This document shows positions 57,130-64,000 of a stretch of DNA of 64,000 bases, piece by piece. Both the position numbers and the translations under genes were made by a program. The DNA lies in contig JBBDOU010000008.1 of NCBI GenBank assembly GCA_040876885.1, positions 42,986 to 106,985 on the forward strand, given 5' to 3'. Every line of letters starts with the position of its first letter. Position 1 is the first letter of the stretch. The notes under the pieces were generated by a model. The model had not been told where the DNA came from. It did no database searches and saw only the letters and a program-made list of their open reading frames with translations. The stretch comes from Minisyncoccota bacterium. GTDB taxonomy: Bacteria > Patescibacteriota > Minisyncoccia > Phycocordibacterales > JABMNX01.

Positions 57130-57579
57130 ATGACAGAGATTACTGAGGCAGAGCTCAATACTGAGGCAGAAAATTTTCTAGAGAGTCTTTCCCCGCAAAA
57201 AACTGCGACCGTTGTGGGTTTGTATGGTGATTTAGGTGCGGGAAAAACAACATTTACAAAAGCACTTGCTCGCGCGCTTGGTGTTGATGAGACGGTGACG
57301 AGCCCAACCTTTGTGCTTGAAAAAATATACTCGCTTGCCAATCAAAAACAAGCACGTGGTTTTTCACAGCTTGTACATATTGACGCGTACCGTTTAGAGG
57401 AAAGTAAGGAGCTTAAACAATTAAATTGGAACACGTATATAGTGGACCCAAAAAATATTATCGTAGTTGAGTGGGCTGATAGAGTTGCGGAATTTCTTCC
57501 AGAGGATATAAAAAAGGTAACGCTTGCGGTAGTTGGTGGTAGCGCAGAGAGTTTGGTCAGAAATATTTCATATGCCTAA
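57130..57579 (+). CDS. tsaE: tRNA t6A37 biosynthesis ATPase TsaE (YjeE)
   Basis: Walker A GDLGAGKTTFTK followed by SPTFVL. Confidence 0.85.
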   Translation: MTEITEAELNTEAENFLESLSPQKTATVVGLYGDLGAGKTTFTKALARALGVDETVTSPTFVLEKIYSLANQKQARGFSQLVHIDAYRLEESKELKQLNWNTYIVDPKNIIVVEWADRVAEFLPEDIKKVTLAVVGGSAESLVRNISYA

Positions 57580-59971
57580 AAAAGTAGGGACAAAAAACAA
57601 ACGAGTGGTACTTCTTGATGCACACGCAATACTCCATCGAGCGTACCATGCGCTTCCTGACTTTGCTTCAAACGCAGGAGAGCCAACAGGTGCGCTCTAC
57701 GGACTCACCTCAATGTTGATGAAAATTGTGCAGGATCTTAATCCTGACTATATGATTGCGTGCTATGACCTCCCCGAGCCAACCTTTCGACACGATGTGT
57801 ATAAAGAGTATAAAGGAGGCCGTGCAAAGACAGATGATGCGTTGATTGCTCAGATGAACCGCTCCCGAGATATCTTTACGGTATTTAATATTCCTATTTA
57901 TGAAAAAGCTGGGTTTGAGGCCGACGATATTTTAGGAACAATTGTTGAGCAAACAAAAGATCTTAAAGCGGTCGAAATAATTATTGCTTCAGGCGACATG
58001 GACACGTTGCAGTTAGTTGATAAGAAAAAGGTGCAGGTGTACACCCTTAAAAAGGGTATCAACGACACTATTTTATACGATGAAAAAGCGGTAGTTGAGC
58101 GTTTTGGTTTTAAACCAGCATTACTTCCTGACTACAAAGGGCTTCGCGGTGACCCGTCGGACAACATTATCGGGATTCCAGGAATTGGTGAAAAGACTGG
58201 AAGTATTTTGATTCAGGAGTTTGGTTCAATCGAATCTATATATAAAAAACTAAAAAAGAGCCACACTCCTTTTGAAAAGGCAGGTATAAAAACAAGAATC
58301 ATTGGTCTTTTAGAGGATAATGAAGAAGAGGCACTTTTTTCAAAAATGCTTGCGCTGATTCGACGTGACGTACCGATAACATTTGCACTTCCCGAGCACC
58401 GTTGGCGGGAACGTATTGATATTAAAGAAGCACTTAAGCTTTTTGAAGTGTTGTCGTTTCGAACACTTGGCGAACGGTTTAAACTTTTATTTTCTGAGAA
58501 AGGAGCGGTAGATGAAATAGTTGCGGAGCCCAGTAAACCGCGGGAGACTGTTGATGAGGCACTCCTTAAAGAAACAGCGGTTGCGCTCTGGGTACTGCGC
58601 TCTGACAAGACAAACCCGACGCTTGAGGATATTTTACAGTTTGCAAATACGGACTCATTTGCCGATGCGCGAAAAAAAATACACGCATGTATTAAAGAAC
58701 AGAAACTCGAAAAAATATATGAAGATATTGAAAAGCCACTGATTCCTATTACTGATTTGATGCGAGTGCGCGGGATTGAAATAGATGTTCCGTACTTGAA
58801 AACACTTTCAAAGGAGTATCACAAGGAGCTCGTAAGACTTGAGAAAAAAATCTATACGCACGCGGGTGCAGAGTTTAATATTAGTTCTCCAAAACAACTT
58901 GGCGAAATCTTATTTGAAAAAATGGGACTGACGGTAAAAAACCAAAAGAAGACAGGAACAGGGCAGAAGTCTACAAAAGAATCAGAGCTTGAAAAAATGA
59001 AAGTGCTACATCCGATTATTGCGGATATTCTTGCGTACCGCGAGTTACGAAAACTACTTACCACATACATCGACAATATACCTGACATGGTCGAAAAAGA
59101 CGGACGGCTTCACGCAGAGTTTTTACAAACAGGAACGACCACCGGGAGAATGGCATCGCATAATCCAAACCTACAAAACATCCCCATAAAGACGGAGCTC
59201 GGGCGACGCATTAGGAATGCATTTGTTGCGAAAAAAGGATATCAGTTTATTGCCGCAGATTATTCCCAGATTGAATTACGATGTGCGGCACTCCTTTCTG
59301 GGGATGAGAAACTTACAGAAGTTTTTGTAACGAATGGCGATGTGCACACGACCGTTGCAAGCGAAGTGTTTGGTGTCCCACCAGAGCAGGTGGACTATGA
59401 AATGCGAAGGCGCGCTAAGGTAATTAACTTTGGAATTATTTACGGCATGGGAGTAAATTCTTTACGACAGTCTTTAGGAAAAGACACCACCACAAAAGCA
59501 GAGGCACAGACGTTTTATAATGAATACTTTAAACAGTTTAGTACGCTCGCACACTACCTAGAGAGTGTTAAAGCTCAAGCAGCCCGAACGGGGTACACCG
59601 AAACATACTTTGGCAGAAAGCGATATTTTGAAGGAATTAAATCAAAAGTTCCTTTCATACGGGCGTCAGCAGAACGGATGGCAATTAATGCGCCGATTCA
59701 AGGGACAGAAGCTGACATTGTTAAGTACGCGACAATACATATTGATGCGTATATTAAGAAAAATAAATTAGAATGTGATGCAGGACTCCTTCTTCAGATT
59801 CATGATGAACTTGTGTACGAGGTAAAGAAAAGTGCCGTGAAGGAAGTCGCGGGCGCTATTAAACATATCATGGAGTCGGTGTTGCCCCCTGAAGAAACGA
59901 ACGGCATTCTTTTTAAGGCAGATATATCAGTAGGAAATAATTGGGGTGAAATGAAAAGGCTTGATATATAA
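57572..59971 (+). CDS. polA: DNA polymerase I (5'-3' exonuclease plus polymerase domains)
   Basis: Start at MPKKVGTK; FEN/5'-exonuclease N-terminus; polymerase motif A (IAADYSQIELR), motif B (RRRAKVINFGIIYG), motif C (LQIHDELV). Confidence 0.9.
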   Translation: MPKKVGTKNKRVVLLDAHAILHRAYHALPDFASNAGEPTGALYGLTSMLMKIVQDLNPDYMIACYDLPEPTFRHDVYKEYKGGRAKTDDALIAQMNRSRDIFTVFNIPIYEKAGFEADDILGTIVEQTKDLKAVEIIIASGDMDTLQLVDKKKVQVYTLKKGINDTILYDEKAVVERFGFKPALLPDYKGLRGDPSDNIIGIPGIGEKTGSILIQEFGSIESIYKKLKKSHTPFEKAGIKTRIIGLLEDNEEEALFSKMLALIRRDVPITFALPEHRWRERIDIKEALKLFEVLSFRTLGERFKLLFSEKGAVDEIVAEPSKPRETVDEALLKETAVALWVLRSDKTNPTLEDILQFANTDSFADARKKIHACIKEQKLEKIYEDIEKPLIPITDLMRVRGIEIDVPYLKTLSKEYHKELVRLEKKIYTHAGAEFNISSPKQLGEILFEKMGLTVKNQKKTGTGQKSTKESELEKMKVLHPIIADILAYRELRKLLTTYIDNIPDMVEKDGRLHAEFLQTGTTTGRMASHNPNLQNIPIKTELGRRIRNAFVAKKGYQFIAADYSQIELRCAALLSGDEKLTEVFVTNGDVHTTVASEVFGVPPEQVDYEMRRRAKVINFGIIYGMGVNSLRQSLGKDTTTKAEAQTFYNEYFKQFSTLAHYLESVKAQAARTGYTETYFGRKRYFEGIKSKVPFIRASAERMAINAPIQGTEADIVKYATIHIDAYIKKNKLECDAGLLLQIHDELVYEVKKSAVKEVAGAIKHIMESVLPPEETNGILFKADISVGNNWGEMKRLDI

Positions 59972-60252
59972 CGTACAGTATGGTTTATTGCTTCTAGGCA
60001 GTTTTAAAAGGCATGGTTAAAAGGTAGTTTTAAAAGATATGGGAGGAATATATGACACAGAGGATTCCGTTGCAAATTGGTCCTGCGCAGTCACAATTTC
60101 CTAGAGACATAGGGTGGCGCAAGAAAAAATTACTCTTTCGAGAGTTGTTGTTTGGGGTGTTCTTTTGGGGTGGTGTCGGTATCATGAGTGCTCTTCGCGA
60201 CACCTCGAAAAATCTTAAAAAAAGATTCTCTCGGGATTAAAATTATTCTCTA

Positions 60253-60286
60253 AAAAAGGGGCATACGTGCCCCTTTTTCTTTTTTA
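60253..60286 (+). terminator. Rho-independent terminator
   Basis: aaaaggggcatacgtgcccctttttcttttt. Confidence 0.65.
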
Positions 60287-60310
60287 TATCTCGCTTGATA
60301 TACTATTATT

Positions 60311-61024
60311 ATGATTTATCTCCTCCACGGAAACGATATACAAACTTCGAGAAAGAAGCTCCACACACTTCTTGATGGGCTTACTCAGAAACGTCCTGAT
60401 GCTGAACACTTTCACATACACACAGAGAACAGAAAAGAATTTTCTATCGCGGAGCTTATTGGGTCCAGAGGGCTTTTTGAAGAGAAGTACATTGTCATAC
60501 TCGATGGTCTTTTTATAGATAAAGAGGAGAGAGAGACACTTCTTACTTCCCTTAAAGAGATGCAAAGCGCTGAGCACATATTTATCTTTCTAGAAGGAAA
60601 GCTCGATAAAAAAACAATCACACGTTTTGAGAAATATGCAGAGAAGATCCAAGAATGCAGTGTCGCTGAAATAAAGAAAGAGCGTTTTAACACATTTTCT
60701 TTAACTGATGCGTTAGGGAAGCGTGATAAAAAGGGTTTATGGACACTGTATCAGCGAGCGAAAGCCGAACACATTGCGGACGAAGAGATTCACGGTATTC
60801 TGTTTTGGCAGGTAAAGAGTATGCTTCTCTCACTGCAAAGCGCTCACGCAAAGGAAGCGGGACTCAACCCTTTTGTGTACACGAAGTCAAAAGGTTTTCT
60901 AAAGAACTATTCTGACGCTGAGGTTCGGGCACTTTCTCAGAGACTGGTTGCACTCTCGCATGATGCTCGCAGGGGAATACATGAATTTGATATAGCGCTT
61001 GAAAGATTTATTTTAACGCTGTAG
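60311..61024 (+). CDS. holA: DNA polymerase III delta subunit-like protein (short)
   Basis: IYLLHGNDIQTSRKKLHTLLD opening typical of HolA; 237 aa; weak overall. Confidence 0.45.
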   Translation: MIYLLHGNDIQTSRKKLHTLLDGLTQKRPDAEHFHIHTENRKEFSIAELIGSRGLFEEKYIVILDGLFIDKEERETLLTSLKEMQSAEHIFIFLEGKLDKKTITRFEKYAEKIQECSVAEIKKERFNTFSLTDALGKRDKKGLWTLYQRAKAEHIADEEIHGILFWQVKSMLLSLQSAHAKEAGLNPFVYTKSKGFLKNYSDAEVRALSQRLVALSHDARRGIHEFDIALERFILTL

Positions 61025-61190
61025 AGCTGTTTTTTAAAACATCAAGGATGTCCTCTGTTGTTTAAAAATAAACGTCACAGGTATCGGTGGTGTTTATCTC
61101 ATGGAGGCATTTTTTTGTTTTTATGATATGGTGTATGGGTTGATTTTTGAGTTGTGAGTAGAACCAGCATTTGGTACCATATAAAGGCAA

Positions 61191-61263
61191 CCGCCCGTAG
61201 CTCAGTTGGTAGAGCAGCTCCCTTTTAAGGAGAATGTCGTAGGTTCAAGTCCTACCGGGCGGA
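61191..61263 (+). tRNA. tRNA-Lys (anticodon TTT)
   Basis: CCGCCCGTAGCTCAGTTGGTAGAGCAGCTCCCTTTTAAGGAGAATGTCGTAGGTTCAAGTCCTACCGGGCGGA; anticodon loop CTTTTAA. Confidence 0.85.
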
Positions 61264-61264
61264 C

Positions 61265-62095
61265 ATGAATGAGTTTAAACAGCAGTGTATTAAGTTGAGA
61301 GAAAAAGACCACACACTTTCTGAAATCATGCAGATAACAGGAAGGTCAAAAACATCTATCTATTTTCACATACAGAACATTGCACTTAGTTCTCTAAAAC
61401 AGAAAGAAATTCGAGATGCAAGTCGCACGAGAGTTCTTGATCTTTCACAAGCAAGGAAAGGTAAAAGCAAAAAACCTTTTAAGAAGTTTCCTCAGTGGAA
61501 CATTCAGGCAGTTTCTTTGGTGGCACACTTACTTTTTGGTGGAGAAATTCAGTCAAATAAATGTGTCTATAGTAACCGAAGCGTTGCTTTATGTAAGAAG
61601 GTCGAAAATTCTATGTGTCTGTTTTATGATTTTGAGCCTAAACGGCGGTATAACAAACAGACGGGAGTAACAAGTATCAGTTATTTTAATGTTGAGCTTA
61701 CATCATATCTTAAGCATAAAGCGAAGGCATTGCTTATTGAGATTGAATTTTTTCCTGAAGAATTTAAGCGAGAATTTTTGCGCGCATTTTTTGACGATGA
61801 AGGGTGTATAGATTTTAAACCTCATAGCGGTACGCGACGAGTTCGTGGGTATCAAAAAGATACAACAATACTATATCTTGTGTGGAAACTTCTTCGAGAT
61901 TTTAATATTAACGCAAAGATTCAACTTCCTAATGAAGTCGTAATATCAAAAAAAGAAAATTTACTAAAGTTTCAAAAAGAAATAGGTTTTTCTATTGGAG
62001 TTAAAATGAATGGAAATAGACCAAATAGCGTCTGGAAAAAACATATGGAAAAAAGTGATATTCTTAAAAAGGCTATAGACTCGTACGGTTCTTAA
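61265..62095 (+). CDS. Free-standing double-motif LAGLIDADG homing endonuclease with N-terminal HTH
   Basis: Motif 2 FLRAFFDDEGCI is canonical; motif 1 LVAHLLFGGEI is degenerate; HTH LSEIMQITGRSKTSIYFHI; begins 2 nt after tRNA-Lys. Confidence 0.65.
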   Translation: MNEFKQQCIKLREKDHTLSEIMQITGRSKTSIYFHIQNIALSSLKQKEIRDASRTRVLDLSQARKGKSKKPFKKFPQWNIQAVSLVAHLLFGGEIQSNKCVYSNRSVALCKKVENSMCLFYDFEPKRRYNKQTGVTSISYFNVELTSYLKHKAKALLIEIEFFPEEFKREFLRAFFDDEGCIDFKPHSGTRRVRGYQKDTTILYLVWKLLRDFNINAKIQLPNEVVISKKENLLKFQKEIGFSIGVKMNGNRPNSVWKKHMEKSDILKKAIDSYGS

Positions 62096-62103
62096 AAATA
62101 ACT

Positions 62104-62508
62104 TTATAACGGTAAGTCTACTGCGGGAGCTCCAGCACCAGTAAGGAGGAGAGAAAGAAAGATTGCAAAAAGAAGAATATAGAATATCCGTTCATGAGGG
62201 ACGAGGACTGGAAACTCTTTTTTAAACCAGAGGAGTTTTAGTGCATAGAGTCCACCAAGAAGCGCCATAACCTGTGTAAGAAATCCTGCAATAAGAAAGA
62301 GTCCAAGCACAACCTCAAAGAGTCCGCCGAAAACAATAAAGATTGTTGTGGGTGACCCAAGTCGAGCGTACAGTTTTTCAACAAGCGTCTCTCTTTGAGT
62401 AGTAAGGTGTCCCCATCCTATGTGGAGCAGATAGGCACCAACAACAACACGAAGAATAAACGGTGCGAAGATGCCAAAAATTAAGAGTGATGGAAAAATA
62501 CTTAACAT
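62104..62508 (-). CDS. DoxX-family membrane protein
   Basis: LRVVVGAYLLHIGWGHL ... LIAGFLTQVMALLGGLYALKLL; start set at MLSIFPSL, since the longer track ORF would overlap the convergent SpoU gene. Confidence 0.5.
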   Translation of the reverse strand: MLSIFPSLLIFGIFAPFILRVVVGAYLLHIGWGHLTTQRETLVEKLYARLGSPTTIFIVFGGLFEVVLGLFLIAGFLTQVMALLGGLYALKLLWFKKEFPVLVPHERIFYILLFAIFLSLLLTGAGAPAVDLPL

Positions 62509-62581
62509 AAATATATTGCTAGTATACCACGACTCCTTTATAGGAAACCACCGTTTCTGTGTGGTACCCTGCATAGACACT

Positions 62582-63046
62582 ATGAAAGAAACACACATTA
62601 TCTTGCACAATATACGAAGCGCTCTTAATGTAGGGTCCATATTTCGCTCTGCCGACGGGGCTGGTGTTTCAAAGATACATCTCACGGGGTATTCACCAAC
62701 GCCTATTGATAGGTTTGGGAGAAATGAAGCAACGATTGCAAAAACAGCGCTTGGTGCAGAGCATTCGGTTTCTTGGGAGCAGGGAGAAATACAGACAGTA
62801 CTTCGTACACTCAAAGATTCTGGATATTTAATCGTGGGAGTCGAGCAAACTGCAGACGCGAAGAACTACAAAGAGTTTATAGCCAGAGGGAAAACAGTTT
62901 TTATATTTGGAAACGAAGTTGGGGGTCTTGAGGATGAGGTTCTTAGGGTGTGTGATGAGACTATTGAAATTCCAATGCGTGGAGAGAAGGAGTCTTTAAA
63001 TGTTGCGGTTGTCGCGGGTATTATCTTGTTTAACTACACACCTTAG
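62582..63046 (+). CDS. SpoU/TrmH-family RNA 2'-O-methyltransferase
   Basis: NVGSIFRSADGAGV, IFGNEVGGL, ESLNVAVVAGIILF; start at MKETHIILHN. Confidence 0.8.
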   Translation: MKETHIILHNIRSALNVGSIFRSADGAGVSKIHLTGYSPTPIDRFGRNEATIAKTALGAEHSVSWEQGEIQTVLRTLKDSGYLIVGVEQTADAKNYKEFIARGKTVFIFGNEVGGLEDEVLRVCDETIEIPMRGEKESLNVAVVAGIILFNYTP

Positions 63047-63993
63047 TAGTTAAAGACGTCAACAGTCTTTCCGTCAGCATCAAGAAGACGAATAATGTCA
63101 CGGCTACCCCAAATCTCTCGGTCGTGTTTTAGATAGACACGCCACTCAGGGCTAAAGAAATCGCTATCATTTCTATGATTTTCTACGCAACTTGAGTAGT
63201 GTATCTCTTCAGTAATAAACACTGCGCAGGAATCAGAAAACCCTAGTGGTAGTGCTTCAAGGGGCATAGAGCATCGGTCTAAGTCTTCGATATATGAAAG
63301 ACACGCATCTCCAAAACGAAGTGGGTCACTTTCTGAAAATCTGAATTCGTCTTCAGGTAATGGGCATTGCTTTTGAATTGACGGGGTGAAGTCTTGGAAT
63401 TGTTCGAAGTATCCTGAGCATTTATTTATCTGGAAAGAGACTCCCGTAGGTGAATGACCTGTTAGGAGATATATTTTTTCTCGGTGGCCCGCCATAAGTG
63501 GCTGTTCTATATTTACCGTTCCTGAGGTAGATATTTTTGTGGCTTTAGGAATAGAGACCACTTCGTTAGAGATCATACTTTGTAGTTTCCAACCAGTAAG
63601 CGAAACAGGCGCTGTCAGTGAATATGCTGTTGAGAGTTCAACGTATTCCGTAAGTGGAGATGTTTCTCTTGGCCCGTTTGATGTTTTTTGAATACGTACC
63701 TGGCCCCAGTACGGAGATGTTTCTCCAAAGTCTCGAGTGCGTCCAAACTCCTCTACAATACGCGCATATTCTGCGTCAGCTTTTGAAGTACTACTGTCTC
63801 CTTGGCTAACAGGTGGAAAGAAGTTGCTTACTCCGGAGAAGATACTTTCTTTTGCGTTAAAATTAACCGTGCTCGTACTCGCTTTGTCTGCGCCACCTGA
63901 AAACACCCAAAAAATTCCAAGGATAATCACAAGAGAAGCAACCAACATAAAATCTCCACCCGCTTCTCCTGTGTTTCTTTTTTTAAACCACAC
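63043..63993 (-). CDS. Membrane-anchored protein, unknown function
   Basis: N-terminal TM helix (FMLVASLVIILGIFWVF); 316 aa; no motifs recognised. Confidence 0.45.
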   Translation of the reverse strand: MWFKKRNTGEAGGDFMLVASLVIILGIFWVFSGGADKASTSTVNFNAKESIFSGVSNFFPPVSQGDSSTSKADAEYARIVEEFGRTRDFGETSPYWGQVRIQKTSNGPRETSPLTEYVELSTAYSLTAPVSLTGWKLQSMISNEVVSIPKATKISTSGTVNIEQPLMAGHREKIYLLTGHSPTGVSFQINKCSGYFEQFQDFTPSIQKQCPLPEDEFRFSESDPLRFGDACLSYIEDLDRCSMPLEALPLGFSDSCAVFITEEIHYSSCVENHRNDSDFFSPEWRVYLKHDREIWGSRDIIRLLDADGKTVDVFNY

Positions 63994-64000
63994 TGTTTCT

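Noticed and set aside
60052-60240. 62-aa ORF between polA and holA
   Set aside because: It has no motifs or RBS and lies in a short spacer that already contains a terminator. There is insufficient support to call it a gene.
62104-62814. Full 236-aa version of the DoxX ORF
   Set aside because: The N-terminal 100 aa are low-complexity and would overlap the convergent SpoU-family gene. A shorter start at 62508 gives a typical 135-aa DoxX protein.
1-64000. Alternative genetic code (UGA sense, as in some CPR lineages)
   Set aside because: All recognised proteins are full length under code 11 with no in-frame TGA. Stops are overwhelmingly TAA. There is no evidence for recoding.
1-64000. CRISPR arrays, rRNA genes, tmRNA, RNase P RNA, SRP RNA
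   Set aside because: No short regularly spaced repeats and no rRNA-like sequence were found. Eye searches of the larger intergenic regions (5409-5671, 10860-10997, 15560-15840, 21522-21864) for conserved cores of RNase P, tmRNA or SRP RNA found no convincing match. A covariance-model scan is still needed.

Overview
This 64-kb window is a low-GC (about 40%), gene-dense bacterial chromosome segment spanning the replication origin. The gene content (short housekeeping proteins, a membrane-anchored MsrAB fusion, a single XerC-type recombinase, a VirB4/VirB6-type secretion cluster, a lone PilB) suggests a small-genome, possibly Patescibacteria/CPR-like organism, but that is inference. Genetic code 11 fits: nearly all stops are TAA/TAG and no in-frame TGA readthrough is needed.

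Features, left to right:
- Housekeeping block: nusA (5' partial), ppa, tig-clpP, rny, hup.
- A tRNA-rich stretch (7.7-13.4 kb) with tRNA-Gly(TCC), tRNA-Pro(TGG), tRNA-Gly(GCC) and tRNA-Arg(TCG), all on the minus strand. Between them lie a membrane-anchored trypsin-like protease, an MscS-family channel and a yraN/HD-hydrolase pair.
- cca, a NUDIX hydrolase, msrAB, a rhodanese, xth, xerC, rpsO, an NYN-domain protein, a DksA-like protein, comM, a LysM-M23 peptidase, pcrA and rsmA.
- A 13-kb type IV secretion-like cluster (30.3-43.3 kb) with VirB6/TrbL-like, VirB3/PrgI-like, VirB4 ATPase and pilin-like genes plus several secreted and membrane proteins of unknown function.
- The origin region: jag-yidC-rnpA-rpmH, a DnaA-box region, dnaA, an AT-rich unwinding element, dnaN.
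- PBP1A, tyrS, ruvC-yebC-ruvB (no ruvA here), an orphan PilB ATPase, tsaE, polA, a holA-like gene, and tRNA-Lys(TTT) directly followed by a free-standing LAGLIDADG homing endonuclease.

Observations worth a second look:
- The T4SS-like cluster has no relaxase or coupling protein and sits in the core origin-proximal region.
- A 643-bp insertion flanked by 81-bp direct repeats rebuilds the overlapping 3' ends of convergent msrAB and rhodanese genes and carries an orphan ORF.
- A 142-bp tandem duplication carries the tRNA-Arg 3' half.
- An 18-nt motif (TTGGGGTCAAGTTTCTAA) is paired with partial tRNA T-loop copies at two tRNA loci.
- Two unannotated small acidic-peptide genes each sit just upstream of a CCCCGCA...TGCGGGG terminator.
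- A 20-bp palindrome ATGTCCTTTATAAAGGACAT recurs at three sites.
- The palindrome GTTTCACGTGAAAC recurs around the HD/yraN operon.
- dnaN and its neighbourhood are strikingly AT-rich.
- Several promoters look leaderless, with the -10 element a few nucleotides from the ATG.
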